Source: Syntrophorhabdaceae bacterium
Lineage (GTDB): Bacteria > Desulfobacterota > Syntrophorhabdia > Syntrophorhabdales > Syntrophorhabdaceae
Reading direction: 5' to 3'
NCBI GenBank assembly: GCA_963666485.2
Contig: CAXXUO010000003.1
Location: 128,001-192,000, forward strand
DNA: 64,000 nucleotides
Part shown: piece by piece, positions 28,522-38,517 of the stretch
Numbering within the stretch: the stretch's first letter is position 1
Layout: the number at the start of each line of letters is the position of its first letter
The notes under the pieces: model-generated
Seen by the model: only the letters and a program-made list of their open reading frames with translations
What the model was told of the DNA's origin: nothing
Database searches by the model: none
Translations under genes and position numbers: made by a program

Positions 28522-30415
28522 GACGGCCCTCCTCGTATTCCTTCAGCATTTTCCTCAGGTCTTCCCCGTCTATCGATTCTTTTTCAAGGAGAGTTTTGGC
28601 TACGAAAACGAGAAGATCGTTTTTGCTGCTCAGCGTATCTTTTACTTTGGTATACACGCGTTCGATAATTGACCGCACCTCGTTGTCTATCTCCCGCGCT
28701 GTGTCCTCGCTGTACTCCCGGGAGCCGTTTCCCGGCAGGTCGAGAAAGAGGGGTTTACGCTCGTGTTCGAATGTCATATGCCCGAGCTTTTCGCTCATGC
28801 CGTATTGCTTGACCATTGATTTCGCTATGTCTGTCGCCCGTGCGAGGTCATTCTGGGCGCCTGTGGATATCTCGTTAAAGATTATTTCTTCGGCGACCCT
28901 GCCCCCTAAAAGGACGCACATGCGGTCAATGAGCTCGGTACGGGTCATGAGGTACCTGTCTTCGGTGGGAAGCTGCATCGTGTACCCGAGAGCGGAGATC
29001 CCGCGCGGGATTATCGATATCTTGTGGACCGGATCGGCCGTTTCAAGGGATTCGGCCATCAGGGCGTGGCCGGTCTCATGGTACGCCACGATCTCTTTTT
29101 CCTTCTTGCTCATCACTTTCTTCCTCTTTTCGAGGCCCGCCACGACGCGGTCGATCGCTTCCTCGAACTCCTCCATGGTAACGGAACTTTTGCCCTTCCG
29201 GGCGGCAAGCAGGGCCGCTTCGTTAATGAGGTTGGCAAGGTCGGCCCCTACAAAACCGGGGGTCCGGGCGGCAATGACGGAAAGGTCGATGTGTTTCGCG
29301 AGTTTGACATTCCTGACATGAACTTTAAGGATCTCTTCACGCCCTTTAATATCGGGCCTGTCGACCAGGACGTGGCGGTCGAACCTGCCGGGCCGAAGGA
29401 GCGCCGGGTCCAGGATCTCGGGTCTGTTCGTGGCACCGACAATGATGACGCCGGTCTTCGTGTCAAACCCGTCCATCTCGGCAAGAAGCTGGTTCAGCGT
29501 CTGCTCACGTTCGTCGTGGGACGACAGGGGATTCATTCCGCGTGCCTTTCCCAGCGCATCGAGTTCATCTATGAAAATAATGCAGGGGGATTTCTGCTGG
29601 GCCTGTGAGAAAAGGTCCCGCACCCGTGATGCGCCTACCCCGACGAACATTTCGACAAAATCCGAACCGCTCATGCTGAAAAAAGGGACCTTCGCCTCAC
29701 CGGCCACTGCCTTGGCAAGGAGCGTTTTGCCCGTGCCGGGAGGGCCGACGAGAAGGATCCCTTTCGGTATCTTTCCCCCGAGGTCGAGGAACTTTTGGGG
29801 GAACCTGAGATATTCTATGATCTCCTGCAATTCTTCTTTCGCTTCGTCAACCCCTGCAACATCGTCGAAGGTTATCTTTATCTCATCTTCGCCGTAGATC
29901 TTTCCCCGGCTCTTGCCGAAATTGAGCACGCTTGACGGTGCGCCCCCCATCCTGCGCATCAGGAGGTTCCAGATCAGGATGATGATGGCAAAGGGAAGGA
30001 CCCACTCGATAATGATCCTGAGAAGCTTGTTCTCGAAGGACCCGGAAAATTTTATGTTGGCCTTCTGGAGGTCTTTCACGAGGTCGGGATCTTCGACGCG
30101 GCTGGTAACGAACTTGACCGGCTTGCCGTCCTCCTTCGCAAGGTTTCCCTGGATCTTTTCGTTGTCGATAAGCAGATCGGATATCTTGTTCTGGCCGATA
30201 AGGGTCTTGAACTCACTGTACGGTATGGTCTTGATCTCGGACCGGAAGGAGAGAAAACTATGGATGACGAAAATGCCGACTATCGCAATGATAAAATAGA
30301 GGAAGGTGAAGCTTTTCGTCTTCTTCTCTTTATCCTTGTTGCCATTCTTGATCTCAAGGATAATATCCTTGCGTTTTTTAACGTTTTTTTTTGGTTTTGA
30401 CGTATCTTTTGGCAT
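28505..30415 (-). CDS. ftsH: ATP-dependent zinc metalloprotease FtsH
   Basis: Two TMs, [25 protein letters not shown]. Confidence 0.98.
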   Translation of the reverse strand: MPKDTSKPKKNVKKRKDIILEIKNGNKDKEKKTKSFTFLYFIIAIVGIFVIHSFLSFRSEIKTIPYSEFKTLIGQNKISDLLIDNEKIQGNLAKEDGKPVKFVTSRVEDPDLVKDLQKANIKFSGSFENKLLRIIIEWVLPFAIIILIWNLLMRRMGGAPSSVLNFGKSRGKIYGEDEIKITFDDVAGVDEAKEELQEIIEYLRFPQKFLDLGGKIPKGILLVGPPGTGKTLLAKAVAGEAKVPFFSMSGSDFVEMFVGVGASRVRDLFSQAQQKSPCIIFIDELDALGKARGMNPLSSHDEREQTLNQLLAEMDGFDTKTGVIIVGATNRPEILDPALLRPGRFDRHVLVDRPDIKGREEILKVHVRNVKLAKHIDLSVIAARTPGFVGADLANLINEAALLAARKGKSSVTMEEFEEAIDRVVAGLEKRKKVMSKKEKEIVAYHETGHALMAESLETADPVHKISIIPRGISALGYTMQLPTEDRYLMTRTELIDRMCVLLGGRVAEEIIFNEISTGAQNDLARATDIAKSMVKQYGMSEKLGHMTFEHERKPLFLDLPGNGSREYSEDTAREIDNEVRSIIERVYTKVKDTLSSKNDLLVFVAKTLLEKESIDGEDLRKMLKEYEEGRHGNES

Positions 30416-30457
30416 AGTAAAGCATAACAGAAAACCATGGTCATTAAAAGCATGTTT

Positions 30458-30619
30458 CGTAAGGAGTAAGGAGTGAGGAGTAAGGAGAGACAGCCAAGTG
30501 GTACGGCGTATGGAGGCAACGCTATTCCGGCCCGATTCCCGGCGTGACCGCGCTGAATTCTGCCGTCTTTGGCTCTCCTTACTCCTTACTCCTTACTCCT
30601 CACTCCTTACTTTCTTACG
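30458..30619. repeat. Heptamer fold-back element, GGAGT(A/G)A unit
   Basis: GTAAGGA/GTGAGGA tandem facing TCCTTAC/TCCTCAC tandem; between divergent genes. Confidence 0.9.
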
Positions 30620-30700
30620 GTTTACAAAACCGGAGACGGTGCTATAATTGCGTTGTAGACTCCGATAAAACAGGACGAGAACGAAGCCGGAGGGAAATGC

Positions 30701-32641
30701 ATGGCGAATGATGACCCGTCATTTGGGCAGTTGTCCGGCAGCCAGTTGTTCACGCTCGTCAGTCACGCAAGCCACGAAGGGATCCTGCTTCTCGACGACA
30801 AGGGGAAGATTGTCTATGCCAGTTCGGCCGCGTGCAAGATCACCGGCCGGAGTGAAAAGCAGGCGGTGGGAAGCCCGGTCCTCACGTTTTTAAAGCCTCT
30901 CAATTATGCCGATGAACAACGCCTCGACATGGCCATAACCGAGGCAATGCCGGTCGCCTCGGGGAAGGCCGTCCGGCCTGATAATGTTCTGGAACTGTCG
31001 ATCGCCGGCAAAAAAGGTAAAGAGATCAGTCTGGAATTATCGCTTGCGTCTGAAAAATTTCTGGACCGGTGGTATGTCATGCTTTTCTTCCAGGATGTGA
31101 CCGATAAGATAAAAGCCCGGGAAGCCCTGCAAAAATCTGAAAGAAAATACCGGAAGCTTTTTGAGGATACACGAGATGCGATCCTCATGACGACACCGGA
31201 CGGGAAGATCATCGATATAAACAGGGCGGGCGTCGAGATGTTCGGTTACAGGAACAAGGAAGAGATGATGAAGCTCGACGCGGCCCATGATCTCTACTGC
31301 AATCCGGAGGACCGGGCAAATTTCAGGGCAGGTGTGGAACGTTACGGCAGTGCAAGCATGCACGACCTTCTTTTGCGGCGCAGGGACGGCACAGTCATAA
31401 CGGTATCGGCAACCATCAATGCGGTTTATGATGAAGTGGGTGAGGTGGTCGTTTTTCATGGCATAATGCGCGACATCACCGGGATCAGGCGACTGGAACG
31501 CCAGGTCGAGTCCTTCCAGAAAATGGATGCCGTCCGGGGCCTGATAGGCGACATAGCCCATCATTTCAATAACATCCTCAACATCATTGTAGGAAATGCC
31601 CAGCTTGCGAAGATATCCCCCGAGTGCAGTGACCAGATAGCATCATACCTGTCCACCATAGAGGACGAGGCCTTCAGGGCCGCAGACATGGTTGACGGAT
31701 TGCTTGCATCGGGAAGCAGGCACCCGATGGACATGCGCACGGTGAACATCGTCGATATTGTCGCGGACCTTGAAAAACTTGTCCGGAATGTCATCGGGGA
31801 AGACATCGTCCTTCTGTCGGCCCTGCCTCCCGGTGAGATCCCGGTCAGGATCGATATCGCGAGGATAGGGCAGGCCGTGCTCAATATCATTGTCAATGCC
31901 CGCGAGGCCATGGGCGGGAAGGGCACTTTGACGGTCCGTGTCTACAGCGAGCAGATAACAGACCTGACGACCACTCTCGAAGGGCAGATAAACCCGGGCA
32001 CGTATGCCGTGATATCCGTGGGAGATACGGGACGCGGGATACCCGCTCCTCTCCTTGATAAGATCTTCGAGCCGTTCTTTACCACCGACGTCTCGGGTGA
32101 GCGAAAAGGCCTGGGGTTAAGCGTCGTGCTGGGGATTGTCAAGCAGCATGGCGGGTTTGTCCTGTGCGAGAGTGAAGAAGGCGCGGGGGCCACCTTCAAG
32201 GTCTATGTGCCCGTATCGTCTGAAATAGCGAAAGAGCAGAGATTCCTGGACGAGCAGGGCACCGGCGGCGCGGAGACCATCCTGATCGGCGAGGATGAAG
32301 AGGCGTTGAGGCAGATCATGTCGGAGTACCTTGGCCTGCTCGGGTACCGCGTTATCGTGGCCGAGGACGGACGGGAGGCCCTTAACGCGTTTCGGGCGAG
32401 GTCCGATGAGATAGACATCGTCCTTTTGGATATCGCGATGCCGGGTATGGGAGGGTTTGATGTTTACCACGGGGTCAGGGAACTCGTGCCTGACGTTCCC
32501 GTTATATTCATGACAGGATACAACCTCGAGGCCGTCAATCTCAAGGCGACGACCGGCAAGGGCATAAACGCCATCCGTAAACCCTTCACTATGGTAGCGC
32601 TGGCACGGAAGATACGGGGGGTCCTGGACGAAAAGGCGTAA
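30701..32641 (+). CDS. Cytoplasmic PAS-PAS hybrid histidine kinase/response regulator
   Basis: Two PAS domains, IAHHFNN H-box, NAREAM, DTGRG, GLGLS, C-terminal receiver. Confidence 0.93.
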   Translation: MANDDPSFGQLSGSQLFTLVSHASHEGILLLDDKGKIVYASSAACKITGRSEKQAVGSPVLTFLKPLNYADEQRLDMAITEAMPVASGKAVRPDNVLELSIAGKKGKEISLELSLASEKFLDRWYVMLFFQDVTDKIKAREALQKSERKYRKLFEDTRDAILMTTPDGKIIDINRAGVEMFGYRNKEEMMKLDAAHDLYCNPEDRANFRAGVERYGSASMHDLLLRRRDGTVITVSATINAVYDEVGEVVVFHGIMRDITGIRRLERQVESFQKMDAVRGLIGDIAHHFNNILNIIVGNAQLAKISPECSDQIASYLSTIEDEAFRAADMVDGLLASGSRHPMDMRTVNIVDIVADLEKLVRNVIGEDIVLLSALPPGEIPVRIDIARIGQAVLNIIVNAREAMGGKGTLTVRVYSEQITDLTTTLEGQINPGTYAVISVGDTGRGIPAPLLDKIFEPFFTTDVSGERKGLGLSVVLGIVKQHGGFVLCESEEGAGATFKVYVPVSSEIAKEQRFLDEQGTGGAETILIGEDEEALRQIMSEYLGLLGYRVIVAEDGREALNAFRARSDEIDIVLLDIAMPGMGGFDVYHGVRELVPDVPVIFMTGYNLEAVNLKATTGKGINAIRKPFTMVALARKIRGVLDEKA

Positions 32642-32843
32642 GGCGTAAGGCTTCGCTTCACCTGTCAAGAATTTTTAAAAAAATCGTAGGCCGCAGCTAA
32701 AAACTTCCCGATACCAGATATATTTCCCGAAAACATTCCCCGTTAGCCGTTAGCCGTACGCCGTTAGCCGTTTTTTCTTCCCGATACCAGATATATTTCC
32801 CGAAAACATTCCCCGTTAGCCGTTAGCCGTACGCCGTTAGCCG
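32635..32843. repeat. GGCGTAA heptamers plus a 67-bp direct repeat (period 73) ending in GTTAGCC heptamers
   Basis: CTTCCCGATACC...GCCGTTAGCCG at 32704-32770 and 32777-32843. Confidence 0.9.
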
Positions 32844-32852
32844 ATTTTTTAA

Positions 32853-34475
32853 CTATAGCTGTATTTCCGTCGCCTCTATCATCCCGTCTATGGCGCGGAT
32901 GTGCTTGAGCACGTCCGGTCCTATGGGGGAGTCGACGGAGATAAAGGCGACCTCTTCCCCGCTGACTATGCGGGACAGGCTGAAGCTTGCGATATTTATC
33001 CCGTGATCGCCGAGGATGGTGCCGACCGTACCGATGACCCCCGGCCTGTCGATTATCCTGAACGCGAGGAACGTGCCTTCGGGCACCATGTCGAGGTGAA
33101 ACCGGTCAAGAAGTACGATCCGCCCGAGCTTGTCAGGGAAGACAGTGCCGGCTATCGTGATCTCCTGGGCATCCGTTTTCAGTTTGAAGATGATGAGGTC
33201 GTTAAATTTATCGAAGGCGTCGGTTTTCGACTCTTCGACCACGATGTTCCGGTCCTTGGCAAGGTAGGGGGCATTGATGTACGTTACCGAGCCCTGCAGG
33301 CATACCTTGAGAAAACCCTGGATACCGGCGATCGTAAATGGCTGGTAGCTGAACGGAACGTCAAATTTACGCTCAGTGAGGTCATCTTCGAAGTTCTTCC
33401 CGACCATGATGACATTTATCTTTTCCGGGCGGCCCTTGGTTATCTGTGCCGCCAGTTTTCCGATCTTTTCGGCAACCTGGAAATACAACCGGAGGTGATC
33501 GGGGAGCAGGGACGTCATGAACGGTATGTTGACGCCGTGCTGATACGGCCTCCCGTGGAGTGCGTTCAGGACCTGCTCAGCGATGATCGCCGACACGGCC
33601 TTCTGGCCCTCGGCGGTGTTCGCCCCTATGTGCGGGGTGACAAAAACGTTCTCAAGTTCGAGGAATTTCGCATTTGTCGGCGGTTCATCGACGAACACAT
33701 CAACGCCTGCGGCAAATATCTTGCCTGACGCCATGCAGGTGTACAGGTCATCTTCGTTGACGATCCCGCCCCGGGCGCAATTGACGAGGATGACACTGTC
33801 CTTCATGAGCGCAAGCTTGTCCGCGGTGATCATATTCTTTGTTATTGAGGTCAGCGGCGTATGGATAGTGATCACGTCAGCCGTTTTCAAGAGGTCGTCG
33901 AGATTATCGTAGAGCGTCACACTCAAGGATTCTGCTTTACTTTGCTTAATGTAGGGGTCATACGCGATAACCTTCATCCCGAAAGCCCGGGCACGGATCG
34001 CGACATTGCTTCCGATGCGCCCCAAGCCTATGATGCCGAGCGTCTTGTTATAAAGCTCGATCCCCATGAATTTTTTTCTATCCCATTTCCCGTCTTTCAG
34101 GGAATTGTTTGCGAGAGGTATCTTCCGGGCGGCCGCGAGTATCTGCCCCATGGTGAGTTCGGTCGCGGCAAGCGTGTTCCCGGTCGGGGCGTTGAGGACG
34201 ATGAGCCCCTTCTTGCTTGCAGCTTCGATATCGATATTGTCCACCCCGACACCGGCGCGGCCGATGATCTTCAGACGGCCGGGATTTGCTATGAGGTCTT
34301 CTTTTATCGTCGTACCGCTTCGGGTTATGATGGCGTCATAATTGCCGATGATCTTTTTGAGCTCATCGATCTTGATGCCCGCCTGTATGTCGATCTTGAC
34401 CTCACTGTCAGCCGCGAGTATTTTGAGCCCTTCTTCGGCGAGGTGGTCAGTAACCAGAATCTTGAATTTTTCCAT
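32853..34475 (-). CDS. serA: D-3-phosphoglycerate dehydrogenase
   Basis: GRAGVGVDNID, GLGRIG, NCARGG, TPHIGA, C-terminal ACT (DRPGVIG). Confidence 0.96.
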   Translation of the reverse strand: MEKFKILVTDHLAEEGLKILAADSEVKIDIQAGIKIDELKKIIGNYDAIITRSGTTIKEDLIANPGRLKIIGRAGVGVDNIDIEAASKKGLIVLNAPTGNTLAATELTMGQILAAARKIPLANNSLKDGKWDRKKFMGIELYNKTLGIIGLGRIGSNVAIRARAFGMKVIAYDPYIKQSKAESLSVTLYDNLDDLLKTADVITIHTPLTSITKNMITADKLALMKDSVILVNCARGGIVNEDDLYTCMASGKIFAAGVDVFVDEPPTNAKFLELENVFVTPHIGANTAEGQKAVSAIIAEQVLNALHGRPYQHGVNIPFMTSLLPDHLRLYFQVAEKIGKLAAQITKGRPEKINVIMVGKNFEDDLTERKFDVPFSYQPFTIAGIQGFLKVCLQGSVTYINAPYLAKDRNIVVEESKTDAFDKFNDLIIFKLKTDAQEITIAGTVFPDKLGRIVLLDRFHLDMVPEGTFLAFRIIDRPGVIGTVGTILGDHGINIASFSLSRIVSGEEVAFISVDSPIGPDVLKHIRAIDGMIEATEIQL

Positions 34476-34715
34476 TGAAGTCCGCCTAAGGTATTATTTC
34501 TTGTAATATTATTAAGCTCATGTTATAGGTAACGACAGTAAAAGATACCACCCGTACCCAGAAAAAGCAACAGGACCTTGACTTGTGCAAAAGAACCAGA
34601 GTGCCAAAGATAACGTGACACCTGAGCCCGAAATTCTGAGAAAGAACAAAGCAATATCGTTTGCCCTCGACCCGATCGTGATCGACCCTCTTATTCTCAG
34701 TGCCAAATAGATATA

Positions 34716-36413
34716 ATGAGTACAGCCTGTTTTTGTGAGCCGAGAGGCAAGTGGACGCTGGCAGATTACGCGGGCCTGGCAATTCTCCTTGCCGCCGCAT
34801 CAGCGTTGTTTCTGCCGGGCATTTCGCTGAGGTCATTGTGGGGGTCCGAAGGACGCTGGGCGGTGGTTGCCCGGGAGATGATACAGTCCGGGAACTATTT
34901 TCTTCCCACCATCAACGGACAGGTCTATTTTGACAAGCCCCTCCTGAGCTACTGGGCGATCATCCCGTTTTCTCTGTCCACAGGGGTTACGGAAGCCACG
35001 GCGCGGCTTCCCGGGGCGTTGGCCGGCATTGCCACCGTGGGCCTGGTGTACGCCCTCGGCAGGAGGCTCTTTAACCGGGAGACCGGCTTTCTTGCCGGTT
35101 TTATTCTCCTCACCACGGTCATGTTCGGGTTCTGGTCCCGGACAGCTTCAGCGGAATTGCTCAATGTGCTCGCGATCTGGCTTATGCTGTGGCTCTTCGC
35201 CGCCGAAAGGAAAGGGTCTTTCGGCAGGTACCTGGCTTTTTATTGCATTGCCGCGGTGTCATCTTTCTGCAAAGGGCCGGTGGCTCCCGCCGTCGCACTC
35301 GCGACGGTCACGGTGCTTTCTCTTACGGAGACTGTCACAGACGTACGACGCGACGGTACGGCAGGTATCCGCACGTCATTTACCCGGCATTTTCACTGGA
35401 TACTTTCTCTGAAGGGGTTTTTCGCGGCATTATGCGGTCTCATCGTTTTTGGTCTTCTCCTCTTTTTGCCTGTTATCGTTACAGGTTCCCGTGATGCCGT
35501 GGAATTGATGTGGCGTGAGAATGTAACGCGTTTCGTCAGGCCTTTCGATCACGTGGAACCTTTTTATACCTACTTCAGGCACATCCCGGTATTCCTGCTT
35601 CCGTGGTCGCTCGTTGCCGCGGCGTCGATTATCTCGATGGGTAAATGGGAGGCGGGCCGGTCGCGGCGATGGCTCCTTTGCGTTACGATCGCGATCTTCA
35701 TGTTCTTTACCCTTTCAGGCTCCCGCAGGAGCTATTATATACTGCCGATAGTCCCGGCATTTGCCCTTATCACGGGACGGGCGCTCGCCCGGTTCCTGTA
35801 CGGGAATCACGAGAGGGACGCCATTGTTATGAAGTGGGCCGTTATTATAACGGGCCTCCTGGCGTTTCTCGCCGGTGTCGCAATGATCGGCGCCTATTTC
35901 CGTGGTGCGCAGTATCGCCATATCTCCGAGGTCATTCTGGGCCCGTTCATTATGGCCGCGGCTGCCCTGGCAATGTTTCTCCTGTGGAGACGGAGATTTA
36001 TTCCGGGCATCATTGTCACGTTCCTCGTTTTCTTCTCGGTTCTTTCGTGGGGTTATACGGCGGGCGGCGTGATCGGGGACAGGGCGAGAACGCTCAAGCC
36101 TTTCGCCGCGCAAGTAAAAAGTTGTCTTGAACGGGCCGATGGTACCAGCTTCGCATTGTACGGCGTGGGAAATTCATCCCTGATCTTTTACCTCGCCATG
36201 CCGGGACCGATAGAAACGATCAATGACGAGGCGACGGTCTGTACATACTTGAGCATGCCGCGTAGATACCTTTTGACAGAGGAATCCCTGGTTGACGGGA
36301 CTGTGCATAAATGCGGTCCCGGGAGCATGGTGCGGGTGCTGGCCCAGCCCGGGGAAGGAAAAAAGACGGACCGGGAGGGACTCGTTCTTTTGCGGGCAGG
36401 TAAGGGGTCGTAG
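34716..36413 (+). CDS. ArnT/PMT-like (GT-C) membrane glycosyltransferase
   Basis: EGRWAVVAREM, DKPLLSYW, ARLP, KGPV, YYILP; many TMs. Confidence 0.88.
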   Translation: MSTACFCEPRGKWTLADYAGLAILLAAASALFLPGISLRSLWGSEGRWAVVAREMIQSGNYFLPTINGQVYFDKPLLSYWAIIPFSLSTGVTEATARLPGALAGIATVGLVYALGRRLFNRETGFLAGFILLTTVMFGFWSRTASAELLNVLAIWLMLWLFAAERKGSFGRYLAFYCIAAVSSFCKGPVAPAVALATVTVLSLTETVTDVRRDGTAGIRTSFTRHFHWILSLKGFFAALCGLIVFGLLLFLPVIVTGSRDAVELMWRENVTRFVRPFDHVEPFYTYFRHIPVFLLPWSLVAAASIISMGKWEAGRSRRWLLCVTIAIFMFFTLSGSRRSYYILPIVPAFALITGRALARFLYGNHERDAIVMKWAVIITGLLAFLAGVAMIGAYFRGAQYRHISEVILGPFIMAAAALAMFLLWRRRFIPGIIVTFLVFFSVLSWGYTAGGVIGDRARTLKPFAAQVKSCLERADGTSFALYGVGNSSLIFYLAMPGPIETINDEATVCTYLSMPRRYLLTEESLVDGTVHKCGPGSMVRVLAQPGEGKKTDREGLVLLRAGKGS

Positions 36414-36449
36414 AAGGCCTTCCAACAAGCGTAAATCTCAAAGTTTTAC

Positions 36450-36478
36450 TTGACTTAGACCAACAGATATATTAAGTT
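36450..36478 (+). promoter_or_regulatory. Putative sigma70 promoter of rplM-rpsI
   Basis: TTGACT-17 nt-TAAGTT. Confidence 0.5.
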
Positions 36479-36508
36479 AAACAAATTTTTTTAAGGGTGA
36501 AAATGGTT

Positions 36509-36955
36509 ATGAAAACGTATTTTCCAAAAGAAGGCGAAGTTTCGAATGACTGGTATGTAATGAACGCAGAGGGCGTCGTGCTGGGACGGTTGGCCGCCAG
36601 GGTCGCAATGATCCTCAGGGGCAAGACGAAACCTGTTTTCACACCGCATGCAGACACCGGCGATTTTGTCATTATCGTCAATGCTGACAAAGTGAAGCTT
36701 ACAGGCTCCAAGCTTCTCAGCAAGACCTATCAGAAGCACAGCGGCTTTCCCGGCGGGCTGAGGGTTACGAACGCTAAAACAATGCTCGAAAAGAAGCCGG
36801 AAGAGGTCATATACCAGGCAGTGAAAGGCATGCTTCCCAAGAACACGCTTGGCAGGAAGATCCTGAAGAAATTGAAGGTCTATCGGGGCAGCGAGCATCC
36901 GCACAAAGCCCAGATGCCCAGGGAGATAACATTGAAGGAGGTACAAGGTGCCTGA
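36509..36955 (+). CDS. rplM: 50S ribosomal protein L13
   Basis: LGRLAA, LRGKTKP, TPHADTGD, GMLPKN, HPHKAQ. Confidence 0.98.
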   Translation: MKTYFPKEGEVSNDWYVMNAEGVVLGRLAARVAMILRGKTKPVFTPHADTGDFVIIVNADKVKLTGSKLLSKTYQKHSGFPGGLRVTNAKTMLEKKPEEVIYQAVKGMLPKNTLGRKILKKLKVYRGSEHPHKAQMPREITLKEVQGA

Positions 36956-37340
36956 AAAGAGGTACTACGCAACAGGGAAAAGAAAGACCGCCGTGGCGCG
37001 GGTGTGGATAAAGCAGGGTTCCGGGGAATTCTTGATCAACGGCAGGCCGTTCGAAAATTATTTCCCTCTTGAAGAGCTCAGGCTTCAGGTCAATAAACCT
37101 TTCTTGCTGACAGGCAATGTTGGCAAGTTCGATGTTGTCGCGAACATATATGGCGGCGGAATTCCCGCACAGGCATGGGCGCTCGGTCACGGCATCGCGA
37201 AGGCGCTCCTCGAGGTCAACGCCGGTCTCAGAACGACCTTGAAGAAACAGGGCCTCATCACGAGGGACCCGAGGTCCAAGGAACGGAAGAAATACGGAAA
37301 GAAAGGCGCACGCGCCAGCTTCCAGTTCTCCAAGAGATAA
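36948..37340 (+). CDS. rpsI: 30S ribosomal protein S9
   Basis: TGKRKTAVARV, TRDPR, KERKK, QFSKR. Confidence 0.98.
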   Translation: MPEKRYYATGKRKTAVARVWIKQGSGEFLINGRPFENYFPLEELRLQVNKPFLLTGNVGKFDVVANIYGGGIPAQAWALGHGIAKALLEVNAGLRTTLKKQGLITRDPRSKERKKYGKKGARASFQFSKR

Positions 37341-37344
37341 AATC

Positions 37345-38367
37345 ATGTACACTGTCGGAATTGTGGGAGCAACGGGCTATACAGGCGTTGTCCTGATGTC
37401 CTTGCTCCTCACTCATCCCGATGCAAAGATAACCCTCATCACGTCCAACACCTACCGGGGCCGCAAGATCTCCGATATTTTTCCTTTGTTCAAAGGCCGG
37501 TTCGAGGAAGTGCTCAAACCAACTGACGATGATCACAAAGGCGCATGCGACGTCTATTTCCTGTGCCTGCCTCACGGCACATCTATGCAGAAGGCCCGCG
37601 AACTATATGACGGCAAGGCCGTGATCGTGGACCTCAGCGCAGATTTCCGTTTCGAGGACAGGGCGATGTACGAAGGCGCCTATGTGCCCCACACCGCACC
37701 GGAATTGATAGCCGAGGCAGTCTTCGGGCTTCCCGAATTATACAGGGCATCTATCGCGGGAAAGAAATTGATCGGCAACCCGGGATGCTACCCGACCTCG
37801 GCAATTCTCGCGCTCTATCCTTTGATCAAGAATGCAATGCTCACGGGCGACATATTCATCGATTCGAAATCGGGCGTGAGCGGCGCGGGCAGGGAAGGGA
37901 AAATAGGGAGCCTGTTCTGTGAGGTCTCCGAAGGGTTCCGCGCATACAATGTGGGCGTGCACAGGCATGAGCCGGAGATCCAGAAGGAAGTGAACAAGTA
38001 CGTCCCGCAGAGGATCTCGTTCGTCCCGCATCTCGTACCGATGTCCCGCGGCATTCTCACGACCGTCTACGGGAGGCTTTCCTGCGGGGCAAAGACCGCG
38101 GATGTGATCGCCCTCTACCGTGACACGTATAAGAACGATCATTTCGTCCGGATCATGGACGAGAACATATACCCCGACACCCGGTTCGTCAGGTTCTCCA
38201 ACTACTGCGATATCGGCCTCAAGGTACTTGGCGACGGCAGGGTGATCATCATCTCCACGATAGATAACCTTGTTAAGGGCGCCTCCGGCCAGGCCCTCCA
38301 GAACATGAACGCGGCACTGGGGATGGATGAGACGATGGGACTTTCCGCCGTTCCGCAGTATCCGTAA
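37345..38367 (+). CDS. argC: N-acetyl-gamma-glutamyl-phosphate reductase
   Basis: GATGYTG, DLSADFR, NPGCYPT, SGVSGAG, DNLVKGASGQA. Confidence 0.97.
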   Translation: MYTVGIVGATGYTGVVLMSLLLTHPDAKITLITSNTYRGRKISDIFPLFKGRFEEVLKPTDDDHKGACDVYFLCLPHGTSMQKARELYDGKAVIVDLSADFRFEDRAMYEGAYVPHTAPELIAEAVFGLPELYRASIAGKKLIGNPGCYPTSAILALYPLIKNAMLTGDIFIDSKSGVSGAGREGKIGSLFCEVSEGFRAYNVGVHRHEPEIQKEVNKYVPQRISFVPHLVPMSRGILTTVYGRLSCGAKTADVIALYRDTYKNDHFVRIMDENIYPDTRFVRFSNYCDIGLKVLGDGRVIIISTIDNLVKGASGQALQNMNAALGMDETMGLSAVPQYP

Positions 38368-38517
38368 AAAAATAGTTCAAGGTTCAAAGTTCAAGGTTCA
38401 AAGTTAAAAAACCTCCCAATAAATCTGGAATTTCCTACTTTAGGAGAAAACACGTTTTAATTTTCAGGAGGGATTCTTTTACCTTGAACCTTGAACTTTG
38501 AACCTTGAACTGTTTTT
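38367..38517. repeat. Heptamer fold-back element, (A/G)GTTCAA unit
   Basis: Four units on the left (38374-38401) and four inverted on the right (to 38511); between convergent genes. Confidence 0.92.

Noticed and set aside
34476..34715. Riboswitch or sigma54 promoter upstream of serA
   Set aside because: TGGCAC occurs twice but lacks a correctly spaced TTGC; no recognisable aptamer
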